Part shown: positions 1 through 11,429 of the stretch, one piece after another
How positions within the stretch are numbered: position 1 is the stretch's first letter
Layout: each line of letters starts with the position of its first letter
Origin: Phyllobates terribilis
Taxonomy: Eukaryota
Length of the DNA: 64,000 nt
Assembly (NCBI RefSeq): GCF_046119375.1
Contig: NW_027362762.1
Coordinates: forward strand, 741,086,001-741,150,000
Direction: 5' to 3'
The notes under the pieces: generated by a model
What the model saw: only the letters and a program-made list of their open reading frames with translations
Told to the model about the DNA's origin: nothing
The model's database searches: none
Program-made: the position numbers and the translations under genes

Positions 1-518
1 CCCAGGAGTTTATTAAAGCAAAGAAGTGGAATATTCTTGAATGGCCAAGTCAGTCACCTGATCTCAACCCAATTGAGCATGCATTTCACTTGTTAAAGAC
101 TAAAAACTTCAGACAGAAAGGCCCACAAACAAACAGCAACTGAAAACCACCGCAGTGAAGGCCTGGCAGAGCATCAAAAAGGAGGAAACACAGCGTCTGG
201 TGATGTCCATGAGTTCAAGACTTCAGGCAGTCATTGCCAACAAAGGGTTTTCAACCAAGTACTAGAAATGAACATTTTATTTACAATTATTTAATCTGTC
301 CAATTACTTTTGGTCCCTTTAAAAACAGGGTGGCACATGTTAATGAGCTGAAACTCCTAAACCCTTCATCCAATTTTAATGTGGATACCCTCAAATGAAA
401 GCTGAAAGTCTGAACTTCAACTGCATCTGAATTGTTTTGTTTAAAATTCATTGTGGTAATATCTAGAACCAAAATTAGAAAAATGTTGTCTCTGTCCAAA
501 TATATATGGACCTAACTG
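1..518 (+). mobile_element. Tc1 transposon, 3' end (transposase C-terminus remnant + right TIR)
   Basis: Frame from base 2 reads ...[18 protein letters not shown] (Tc1 DD34E motif), then frameshifts; element ends ...ggacctaactg followed by TA at 519-520. Confidence 0.9.
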
Positions 519-1374
519 TAGTTCTACGTGTAGGTGTAAGAATTATCCATTCTTTTTTAAAAGCATCTTTTACCAGAATATTTTAATTATTTAGGAAAAT
601 TAAATATATTTTGATATAAAGGTTTTATTATGTTACCTAATGAAGTATTTGAAGAAGTTATTTCGCTAGAACTCCTTACACAATGCCTGATTAGGGCATA
701 AGTACACTACGGAGGGGAGTCTGAAGTTGGGGAGACCCCTTTAATTGCCAGAGTGAGCCGCTAACAAAGATGGACTCTTGCCTTGGCGACCCCGGCCTGT
801 CCGTGTATTAGATGGTCGATTATTCATTATGTGGATTACAATCAAATAATTTCATTATAAAGTGTTGTATTTTTCGCACTCGGAGGAGAGACAATCCCCG
901 GAGGGAAATTTTACGCTGCCACCTTATTACAGAGTCTCAGAAAGTCGTCTGCAGAAACAAATCATTGAACAGGCAATCAATGAAAGTCAGAGGCTCCCGA
1001 GAGAAGGTAGAAGCTCTGTGTCTTCAATCACCTCCTAAATTAGCGCCATGTAGAAAAGGACTGACGGGATGCAGCCGCTCCCCGGTGATCACGACTCGAG
1101 AGTATAAAGAATGAAGAACAGGAAGTTGTAGTGTCCACTGGAGTAAGATGCAGCAAATTCATTAAAAAGTGTAAGCCTCAACAAATTTGGAACATCTTTT
1201 AGCTGTGCACAGCATAAAAATGTACTCTAGACAGGGGCTTAAAGAGGTTTTCCCATCTCCAAGATCCTATCCCAATATGTAGTAGGTGTAATAATAATAA
1301 TATTAGCAAATACCTCCAATTAGAAATGTAGTATAGTTCTTCTGATTCGCTATGTTGCTTACCCCATGTGCAGA

Positions 1375-1847
1375 ACTGAATGGCTTAAGAAAAACAAAAT
1401 TAAGACTTTGGAGTTGTCCAAAGTTCTGACTTTAATCTGATTGAGATACTGTGGCATGACCTTAAAAAGACGGTTCATGCTCAGAAATCCTCCAATGTGG
1501 CTGAATTACAACATTTTTGCAAAGAGCAGTAGGCCAAAATTCCACCACAGCGTTGTAAAAGACTCATTGCAGCTAATGAAAAACGCTTGACTGCAGTTGT
1601 TGCTGCTAAGGGTGTCCCAACCAGTTATAAGGTTTAGGAGCGATCACTTTTCCACACAGGGCCCTGTAGGTTTGGATTTCTTTTTCCCATAATAATAAAG
1701 ACCTTCATTTAAAAACTGCATTTTATGTTACTTGTGTTTTCTTTGAATAACATTTACATTTGTTTTATGATCTGAAACATTTAAGTGTGACAAACATGCA
1801 AAAGAATAAGAAACCAGGAAGGGGGCAAACACTTTTTCACACCACTG
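1375..1847 (+). mobile_element. Tc1 (Frog Prince-like) 3' remnant
   Basis: Degenerate WLKKNKIKTLE...LWHDLKK...AKIPPQRCKRL...VVAAKG..TSY, closely resembling the Frog Prince transposase C-terminus; ends cacaccactg. Confidence 0.8.
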
Positions 1848-2027
1848 CCATACCGTAGCTGCCGAGGGGGGGGGGGGCCACCAGGAGATATGCTACATTT
1901 AACTGTATCAGCGTGCACCGATAAAGTTAAACTCTGCGGCAGAGCAGGGAGACATGATCTCCCTGCACTGCAGCTACGGGGCAGTGAGCTGGGGGGCCCC
2001 CCCGCAAGTTCAACTGTAACGGCATCT

Positions 2028-2242
2028 GGGCTATGGGGTGCATTATACTATATGGGGGTGCATTATACTGAATGGGCTATGGGGGTGCAATATACTATAT
2101 GGGAATGCATTATACTGCATGGGCTATGAGGGTGCATTATACTGAATGGGCTATGGGGGTGCATTATACTGAATGGGCTATGGGGGTGCATTATACTGAA
2201 TGGGCTATCATGGTGCATTATACTGAATGGGCTATGGGGGTG
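2028..2242. repeat. 27-bp minisatellite (ggctatgggggtgcattatactgaatg)n, about 8 units
   Basis: Direct tandem units with no unique spacers; explains the HYTEWAMGV repeat ORFs. Confidence 0.95.
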
Positions 2243-3969
2243 CTACTGGATGGGCTAAGTGACAGTGAAACTGCTGCTGATTGGCTGCAGGATTCGCATG
2301 ACTTTGCTGAAACTGTTGTTGAAGCTATTATTATTTTACATGGGGGAAATATAATGATTGAGAAGGGGATATCCGAGTAGTGGACAAACCCTTCAAGGGA
2401 TAAATCTGCTGCAAATACTGGAATGTTGGCAGGAAAAATGCTGCGTAAAATACTGTCGTTTTTGCATGTGTTTTTTAATGCATTTTTTCCCTAGTCATTA
2501 GAATGGATGAAAAACATTGGAAAAATGCTCAAAGAAATGACATGCTGCAGATATGAAACCATAAGCAACGTGTGCATGAGATTTCAGGAATCTCATTCAC
2601 TTTGCTGGGACAATAAAACACTACGTTTTCTTGGAGCAAAAACGAGACAAAAACGCGATGTGAACATACATAGGAATTATCTTTCCACATTATTTCTATT
2701 GTTTCCTTTCATGAATGTCTTTCATAGCTGGTCTGTGAATGTCGTCTTGGACAACAAGTCAGACTAGAAGAGCGATCTGTCTCTGCAGTGATCTGCGGCT
2801 GCTCTGGACTTCTACTGATAGGATGCAGATCTCTCATCTGTCAAGAAAAGGTGTTGGTGATCTACAGAACATTCTCAGACATTACCAATGTCTACAGTAC
2901 AGTCCACCTCTTTATGTTACAAGGGTAACATTTTGCTGTGAATGCAGCATAGGATTTCACCTCTAAATGAATGTCATTGTTGCATTCTGGTTTGGAAGGG
3001 AACAGAAAGTGCTACAGTGCCACCTGGCAGCGACTGTAGACTTGGAGGCACTAGATTTATTACTACATTGCTTCTGGAGGATTCCATCGCAAAAATACCT
3101 GTGTCTTCTGAGGTGCATTTCTAAAGAGGAATTATTCATAATTGATGCTGGTCAGGAGGGAGAATAATGAAGTGTGAGCTCAGCGTTACACAAGAGGTAT
3201 ATCCCTACACAACTTAAAGTGAGCTAACCCATTATTCATTACTTGTGGTTGGGGGGATCCAGGTCCTCAGACTCCCACTGGTAGATCAAATCAAAGGGAA
3301 GAAGCGGTGTATGAGCTCAATAGAAAGTCTACGGGTGCACGTGTTCATGCAGGAGCGGAGTCTCTGCCTAGTGAGCTGGTGACCAGAGAAATGCCCAGAA
3401 GAAAAAAAAGCCCATATCTATGAATGCCCACCCAGAAAATTGTCTACAGGAGCTCAGTGATTGGCTCAAGAGGAACTAGCACCCTTCTCAAGCTAACTCT
3501 ATTTCACTGGGTGTGCCACCTGTTTGATTACTACTATATTAGGCACTGATGGAGGTTTGGGTGGCAAAAAATTACTAACAGGTATCTAAAAACACAGATG
3601 GATTGAAGAGGTTGTCCAGGACTTATTTTTTTTTTTTTTTTTTTTACCATGGCCCTAAAAACTAACAGAGGCACCCAGATCAGATCACATGCACCCATAC
3701 AAGACTATGGTTCTGTCATCCGATTGCAGTCCAATATACGCTCACAGAGACAATGGAGAAGATGGAGAAATTACGTTTTCCATCTTCTCCGCACCTGTGC
3801 TGAAAATCTCTCATATGAGACATTCGGATCACACTTAGATGACACTCGTCTCAAACTCTGGCAGGAGTTTTAGCCAGCTGTCATTAGCATAATCGGCCCG
3901 ATTCCCAGGCATGAGAGAATCTATGCCAGATTCAGCGTACACGTAATTTGACGGTATTCACATCTTAAT

Positions 3970-4916
3970 TGGAGTAAGGGTTAGGAATCATAGCTCTTTA
4001 ATATGTAGCTGCCTCTTTTTAAAAGGGACCAAAAGTAATTCAACAAGTATCTCAAAAGTTCTTTAATAGGCTGCATGGGCTTATCCCTCATTAATCCATC
4101 ATCAATTAAGCAGGTAAAAGGTCTGGAACTGATTCCAGGTGTGGCATTTGCATTAGGAAGCTGCTGCTGTAAACCCACAACATGCGGTCAAAGGAGCTCT
4201 CAATGAAAGAGAAACAGACCACCATTAGGCTAAAAAAAGAAGAAATCCATCACTGAGATAGCAGAAATGTTAGGAGTTGCCAAATCAACAGTTTGGTACA
4301 TTCTTAAAAAAAAAAAGAGCACTTGTGACCTTGGGAACTCAAAAGGCATGGACGTCCAAGGAAAGGCAACAGTAGTGGATGATCACAGAATCCTTTCCAC
4401 GGTAAAGAAAAAAACCCTTTACAACATCCACCCAAGTGAAGAACACTCTCCAGGAAGTAGGTGTTTCAGTATCTAAGTCTACCATAAAGAGAAGACTTCA
4501 TGGGAACAAATGGGTTCATCACAAGGTACAAAACATTACCCAGCCTTAAAATAGAAAGGCAAGATTAGACTTTGCCAAAACAAACATCTAAAGAAGCTAG
4601 CTGCCATGGCTTTCAGACTTCAGGCAGTCATTGCCTGCAAAGGGTTCGCTACCATAAATAAAATGTTCATTTTTAATACTTTGTAAAGTTAATTTTCCAA
4701 TTACTTTTGAGCCCCTGAAATGAGGAGGCTTTGTAGGAAAATGGTTGCATTTGCTAACCGTCTCAAAGGATAGTTTTGTTCAACCCCTTTAATTAAACCT
4801 GAAAGCCCACACCTCAATTGCATCTCACTTGTTTCATTTTAAATAAAAAAATAGTGGTGTGCAGAGGCCAAATCACTAAGATTCAGTCACTGTCCAAATA
4901 GTTTGGGACCTAACTG
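3970..4916 (+). mobile_element. Internally deleted Tc1 element
   Basis: ORF 4267-4476 has a Tc1 paired-like HTH (GVAKSTVWYILKKK); jumps to the C-terminal SRLQAVIACKG-like remnant; right end gggacctaactg is the same family as the element at 1-518. Left boundary approximate. Confidence 0.8.
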
Positions 4917-5159
4917 TGTATGCTCTGCTATAAATCCCTTGTTACGACGGTGCAGCATCACATATCCAGCAAGGGCCAGCGCCATCTCTATGGTGGTAAC
5001 AGTGTGATTATCCCCTCCTTTGTAAGCTAAATGACCTATATAGATTAGAAGTATACAGTAAGAAAGGTAGAATGCTCATCGCATACATAGTAATTATGCA
5101 ATCGATAAGGTGCACACTCAGTATTTATGAGGGTAGACTGGAGAAATCCAAATAGAAGA

Positions 5160-5330
5160 TAATCAGCCACACTCACAGGACTGTAAATTATGCTTGCTTT
5201 TATTTCAACAAGAACTAGTAATTCGCCATAGTGCTGGCCATCAAAACAAAAAATGATGGGTAAAGCGATAGGTTACGTTTCGACCCAACCTGGGTCTTTT
5301 TCAAACATCGCTATGTCCAAATTTGCCATA
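5160..5330 (-). mobile_element. Penelope-like (PLE) pLTR fragment with minimal hammerhead-like motif
   Basis: Minus strand: AGCGATgt TTGAAAAa GACCC-aggtt-GGGTC GAAA CGTA acct ATCGCT, i.e. stem I, variant core, stem II, GAAA and a GUA triplet. Confidence 0.55.
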
Positions 5331-7016
5331 TATATGGGGTAACTGCATTCTGAGCGCTAACAGCAGTAGGGTGAGATCCAAGGAGGGCGTAAATCAGGGC
5401 ATCAGGGGGATTGGGTTTAAAGCGCATTGTGCCCTGTCAGACCACGGCTGAATGTGACTTCTGGCATTTTTGCGCCATTCTCACCCCAGCTCTGACAGAG
5501 TGGGTGGAGTTGGGGTGGAGCAATGCGGGCCAATCCCCACTTGTCAAATTCATGATGAGTGGCGGTGTTCGTTACTCCATAAATCTTACTTCAGCACAGG
5601 CAGTTTTTGCGTCACCAGGTAAAAAGTGGCCATTTTTTGCCGTTTGCTCTCTTCACCACTTTTGACCCACTGACTGCTCCTGATTATGCATGAAATGCAT
5701 GTATTTTGGGTTAAAAAAAATTGTAATTGGGTTTCTTAAACATTTTGCACTGTTTGCCTTCTATAGCCTTTGTGTTGCACTGTGCATTGCTGGCTGCAGA
5801 ATGAGTCATCTGAGAATCAGTCAGTGAGCTCATTATAAATCTTTCATCTGTCCTTTTCAGAACCCCTCTGTGCTGATTTAGGAAAACAAAACCATAGAAA
5901 AGTTGAGATGAACATTGTGGTAATAAGTCAACTGAGAGGAGCCCAGAAAAACATAAACATTTATGCCATGTTTACACCTATCCTAAGAAGCTTTTTTTAG
6001 GGCTCTTTTGAGCAAATCAGCTCCAAAATTCTCTTTAAAAATGCTTCAAAAACACTTGGATAACTGTTCCTATTTATTTCTATGGGAAGTCCACTATGCT
6101 GTTCAAATGAGAAGTTTTTTTAAGTGTTTTTGTTTTTTTTTCATGAAGAAGTTTTGAGTAACACCTTGTGCAAAAAAGCAATGCATGTCACATCTCTGAA
6201 GGGACTCCTTATGGACGAAACTCATTGTTTTTGATCACCTCAAAAAAGTCAGTGTGAACACAGCCTTACAAGTACTTGTGTCAGAACGAGCTGACTGATG
6301 GATTCTCAGTTACGGATTATTCCCATCTCTATAGATGCATATTGACGGATAGCGCTTGCAACAACAAGCACTTTTGCAATTTATTGCTTATTAAAATTTG
6401 TAGGTGTCCTTTAGATATTACCACTTTTCATTTATTTGCAGCTCATTGCTTAGGAGATCGACCACCACTGGTGTCTAGCATGCAATAAGTTCACTTAAGC
6501 TGGCTGGGAATAGACGGTAACAGCGCTCTCCAGCGAGCTCAGCCAACTTCAAAACACTGAATACTTAAGCTTAATGGGAAGGAGCTTGTAAGCACTGCGC
6601 ATGTTCTGATGTCTAGCAAAGGTGGTCGGTCGCCAAGGCAATGAGCCTAAACAAAAGAAAAAAAGTGTTAATATCTCAAGAATGGCTGAAAATTTTTAAT
6701 AAGCATTAAACTGCAAAATAGGTTGTATTTACAAGCACTACCAGACAAAATATCTATCTATTAAAATAGTATTACCCCTTTAACTCAATTTGCAAAAAAA
6801 AAACAGATGGAAATATTATTTTTAGCCCAAAATACATGAAATAATTGTCCTAACGTTGTACAAATTCTTTATCAGATCTAAAATTAATGGTTTATACTAA
6901 GTTCAGATGACTTTGGCCTGGTAATGGTGGAGGATCCCAACACAGATCAGCGGTCATGTGACAAGACTTAACTGCAAGTTATGTGCTCACATGATGTCAC
7001 ATCACCACTGCCTAGT

Positions 7017-7607
7017 GCAGGGGCGGACGCAGACAGGAGAGGGCGCGGAAAGGAGAGGGCGCGGGGCGGATGCAGGCGGGAGAGGGTGGACGCAGGCGGG
7101 AGAGGGCGGACGCAGGTGGGAGAGGGCGCGGGGGCGGACGCAGGCGGGAAAGGGTGCGGACGCAGGCGGGAGAGTGAGCGGGGGCGGACACAGACAGAAG
7201 AGGGCGCGGAAACGAGAAGGTGCGGGGCGGATGCAGGTGGGAGAGGGCGCGGGGGCGGACGCAGGCGGGAGAGGGGGCGGACGCAGGCGGGAGAGGGCGC
7301 GGGGGCGGACGCAGGCGGGAGAGGGGGCGGACGCAGGCGGGAGAGGGGGCGGACGCAGGCGGGAGAGGGGGCGGACGCAGGCGGGAGAGGGCGCGGGGGC
7401 GGACGCAGGCGGGAGAGGGGGCGGACGCAGGAGGGAGAGGGGGCGGACGCAGGAGGGAGAGGGCGCGGGGGCGGACGCAGGCGGGAGAGGGGGCGGACGC
7501 AGGAGGGAGAGGGGGCGGACGCAGGAGGGAGAGGGGGCGGGGGCGGACGCAGGCGGGAGAGGGGGCGGACGCAGGAGGGAGAGGGCGCGGGGGCGGACGC
7601 AGGCGGG
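7017..7607. repeat. GC-rich minisatellite, 22-28 bp units (GGGAGAGGG[CGCGG]GGGCGGACGCAGGC)
   Basis: About 23 tandem variant units; strongly G-skewed on + strand; accounts for all ORFs at 6958-7728. Confidence 0.95.
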
Positions 7608-7962
7608 CCCTTTGCTGACCAATAACGCACCCTTTATGTATCTGTAACAGAAGCCAGTGGACCCCAGGTTGTACCAGCAGTTTGTCTGCCCCAGCTCCTA
7701 GTTCTAATACTGGACTGAGGGCTACCAAATGGGAACTACCAAGAAAGAAATTGGATCAGAGGTCCTTTAGCAGAAAAGTAGCATTGTAGACAATCCCTTT
7801 AATTACTTAGTGCTCATTTCATTAAACTGTATTTCTACCATTCTGCATACAATTGGAACTTTCAGCCTACTATACAGGGTCCATGTCCTCTGGAGCTGGT
7901 GTCACTAGTGCACAGCCCTCCTGAGTGTCTCCCCACTCTCACCCCATTCTCTCCCCACTCAC

Positions 7963-7965
7963 CAT
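7963..7965 (-). CDS. nme7: Probable first coding exon (ATG only) of nucleoside diphosphate kinase 7, divergent from blzf1
   Basis: Minus strand gagctgagcATG|gtgagtgggg: ATG directly followed by a consensus GTGAGT donor. Human NME7 is head-to-head with BLZF1 and, as I recall, its exon 1 encodes only the Met. No NME7 exon 2 found in the window, so the identity rests on synteny. Confidence 0.65.
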
Positions 7966-7984
7966 GCTCAGCTCCTCACTGCTG

Positions 7985-8193
7985 CCCTGTTGTCAGTAAC
8001 CCAGCACTGGACGCCAACAGCAGTTGTCCTGGGTCTCCCTGGCAACCACCAGACACCGGAAAGGAAACTAGTCCCGCCCAATAGACGAACAACGTCCCTC
8101 ACACGCACAGAAGCTCCTCCCGGAAGTGACGCACGGCTACGCTGACGGCGTGCTGCTTATAGCAACACAGAGCTGACGTCCTCCCGTGGCCAC
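7985..8193. promoter_or_regulatory. CpG-rich bidirectional promoter (nme7 / blzf1)
   Basis: X-box-like GTCTCCCTGGCAAC 8033-8046, GTTGTCAGTAAC 7989-8000 and CTGCTTATAGCAAC 8153-8166; GC box + CCAAT 8072-8082; ETS/CRE CCGGAAGTGACG 8120-8131; flanked by outward-facing splice donors at 7962 (-) and 8194 (+). Confidence 0.75.
8135..8193 (+). other. blzf1: blzf1 exon 1 (non-coding); TSS approximate
   Basis: CAC|GTAAGT donor at 8194 at the edge of the CpG island, upstream of the ATG-bearing exon. Confidence 0.6.
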
Positions 8194-9828
8194 GTAAGTC
8201 CCCTCTGCGACCCTAAGAAGAATGTCGCGACTTGTCCTCCCCACTGTCGCTAATGGCGTCCTATGTGTCTGGGGCTTCTGTCAGGTCTGGACGCGGTGAC
8301 TTCTGCTCTGCGGAGCTGTGTTAGTTCCGGAATTTCCAGGACTCTATGGAAAGCCCTGAGTGTAGGAGTACTAGAGGTGCGATAACCTGGATAAATCCCA
8401 TATACCCCCCCCCCCTCCAAAAAAAATAAGCATTCTTATTTTTGAGAGCTCGAACTTTTTAATTTCCACAGTTCTGAGGTTTTTTATGTAACAAGCTGTT
8501 GTTTCATTGATATAATTTTGGGATAGGTACCAGTTTTTTTGCGGGGGGGGGGGGTGGAGGATGGAGATTTTGCTTTAATAACTTTTTTCATATTTATTCT
8601 CCCAACCTGCAGTCACTTGAACTTTATCTGGATTGACAAAATGTTTAGTTATCTTTCATTCTCTCACCATAGATGTCAATGCAACTTTTTTTTCTTAAAT
8701 CCCTGCTTTAATCTAGTCATGTGACAACGAGTTTCGCAGATGGTTTTGGTTGCATGATGTGTCTGAGCATTGCTGTCACATGACGCATGTAGCCCGAGCC
8801 TTATACTGAGGAGTAAACTCTGCCTCCAGCACAGCCTAATGGCAGACATTATTAATCTATCAGAACCGGTGAGAGCATGGATCCTGTGATTACAGCAGGA
8901 GCCTGGCTGTATATTTTTATACTAGGTCCTACAACTGATCACAGAAGCGGCAGCGTGTGATCAGGACGATGTGTAGATCTGTCATGGAGCAGAAACTGCT
9001 ATGTGCTGCTCATGATGGGTTTATACATAATAGAGCAGGGGTAAAAAAAAATGTAAAGCGTTTTGACTTTCAGAACACAATGCAAAATAGAAAAAAAATT
9101 CCTGTATAATGAAGGGTTTAGAGGGAGTCAGTCACACCCGAAATGCAAATGAAGCTAATGAAACAGCCTTGTAGGGGCCTTGGCTTCTATGAAAACTATA
9201 CTATTATATTGCTGTAATTATTCTTTAAAACTTGTTTTATTCTGTATGCAAATGTGAGTGGTTTGGGGACCCCTTGGCATGGTCAGGAGCTTGGTGCACC
9301 TTTTACGTCCCTTCCGTTTACATACTGAGCAGATCCTGGATTGACAATGCTCGCCTGCCTAGAGCACGCACTGCCTGAACGCTAATCGCCGTGTCGCACA
9401 TACACGGACTGAAGGAATCCGCGGAGTGCTGACTGTGTGGGGTCATGTCCCCCATTTCATCAGTGCTTCCTGTCAGTTGGAGCTTGCTTCACTGATGCAC
9501 CCAGAAGTGTAAGCAGCTCCTGAGAGCAGATTGTGGAGGGATCCGTTACATGCTCCAACTGTACTTAGTGCAACACAGAGTAGATCAATATCCTTTCTTA
9601 CATTGAGCTATTCTGTGAAATACTGAAGACAGGAGGGGCACGTAACTAATCCCCCCCCCTAAAGCCGCCAACTACAATTCTGGGTGTATCGGAACAGCTG
9701 AAGAGAAGCAGTAATGAAAGCGAGAGCCTGGCCCCACACTTCGCTCTGCCGATTCCTTCATAGTCTACGTGCACATGCCGCAGTTAGGGGTTCAGGCAGC
9801 TCTCACTCTGTACAAGCAGATGCTGTTA

Positions 9829-11429
9829 GGCCAGGGTCACACAACCATTTTTTTTGGGTTCAAGTGTGATCTGATAAAACATGTTAGTCTATGAGGCCGT
9901 GCACATGTCTAATTTTTTTTTTCCTCGGACCAAGCCAGTCCAAGGAAAAAAATGCACCATTTCCCAAGTTTGATCCAATTTTCGGATTGCATTAAGCTAT
10001 GCAAGTCAATAAGTGCGTGGGAAATATCCAACTACACTCAGATGACATATGAGTGGAGCCAATTTCCCCACACTGACACAATGTACAGAGTAGGCCATGT
10101 ATATGGATACACCTAAATTATATGGGAATGGTTGGTGATATTAGCTTCCTGTTTGTGGCACATTAGTATATGGGAGGGAGAAAACTCTTCCAGATGGGTG
10201 GTGACCATTGTGGCCATTTTGAAGTCGGCCATTTTGGATCCAACTTTATTTTTTTCAATGGGAAGAGGGTCATGTGACACATCAAACTTATTGAGAATTT
10301 CATAACAAAAACAATGGTGTGCTTGGTTTTAATGTAACTTTATTCTTTCATGAGTTATTTACAAGTTTATGACCACTTATAAAATGTGTTCAAAGTGCTG
10401 CCCATTGTGTTGGATTGTCAATGCAACCCTCTTCTCCCACTCTTGATACACTGATAGCAACACTTCAGAAGAAATGCTAGCACAGGCTTCCAGTATCCGT
10501 TGTTTCAGATGCTGCACATCTCATATCTTCACAGCATAGACAATTGCCTTCAGATGACCCCAAAGATAAGTCTGACGGGCTCAGGTCGGGAGACCTTGGT
10601 GGCCATTCAACTGGCCCACGACGACCAATCCACTTTCCAGGAAACTGTTCATGTAGGAATGCTTGGACCTGACACCCATAATGTGGTGGTGCACCATCTT
10701 GTTGGAAAAACTCAGGGAACGTGTCATCTTGTTGGAAAAACTCAGGGAACGAGCCATCTTCAGTGCATAAAGAGGGCAACACATCATCATGTAGCAATTT
10801 CAGATATCCAGTGGCATTGAGGTTTCCATTGATGAAGAATGGCCCCACTATCTTTGTACCCCATATACCACACCATACCATCAAGATGAGATGTGCAGCA
10901 TCTGAAACAAGGGATATTGGAAACGTGCTAGCATTTCTTCTGTGGTGTTGCTATCAGTGTGTCAAGAGTGGGAGAAGAGGGTTGCATTGACAATCCAACA
11001 CAATGGGCAGCACTTTGAACACATTTTATAAGTGGTCATAAACTTGTAAAAAAAACTCATGAAAGAATAAAGTTACGTTCAAACCAAGCACACCATTGTT
11101 TTTTCTTCTGAAATTCTCAATAAGTTTGACACATGACCCTCTTCCCATTGAAAAAAAAAAATGGACACCATGGTCACCACCCATCTGGAAAAGTTTTCCC
11201 CCTCCCATATACTAATGTGCCACAAACAGGAAGTTGATATCACCAACCATTCCCATTTAATTTAGATGTATCATATAAATGGCCCACCCTGTAGAAGAAG
11301 AAGAAATGTTGTTCTCCGTCTTCGCCATTCGGAGACAATCAGATCGCACTATGCTATGATCAGAGTGTGATTTGCATAATCGGCCTGATTCTCTTGGAGG
11401 AGAGACTCAATGGCCGTGTGCACCTGGCC
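9829..11429. mobile_element. Harbinger-type MITE (host of the nested DD41D element)
   Basis: TTA TSD at 9826-9828 and 11430-11432; TIRs ggccagggtcacac / gtgtgcacctggcc. Confidence 0.7.
10086..11291 (-). mobile_element. Non-autonomous DD41D (rosa/Visitor-type) Tc1/mariner element with about 400-440 bp inverted arms
   Basis: TA flanks at 10084-85 and 11292-93; minus ORF 10477-10884 FQQDGAPPH...WIGRRGPVEWPPRSPDLSPSD has 41 residues between the second and third Asp; arms 10086-10524 and 10886-11291 are reverse complements. Confidence 0.85.

Noticed and set aside
1890-2380. ORFs with HYTEWAMGV repeats; possible CRISPR-like array
   Set aside because: Pure 27-bp tandem repeat with no unique spacers, in a vertebrate context.
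2690-3130. Minus-strand acceptor-like sites followed by short open frames (possible nme7 exon 2)
   Set aside because: The translations (MRDLHPISRSPEQ..., KCTSEDTG...) do not resemble the NME7 N-terminus (ERFVFIAEWYDP), and no consistent donor was found.
6958-7728. Six long Arg/Gly/Pro-rich ORFs (132-238 aa)
   Set aside because: They are artefacts of a stop-free GC minisatellite and are open in all frames.
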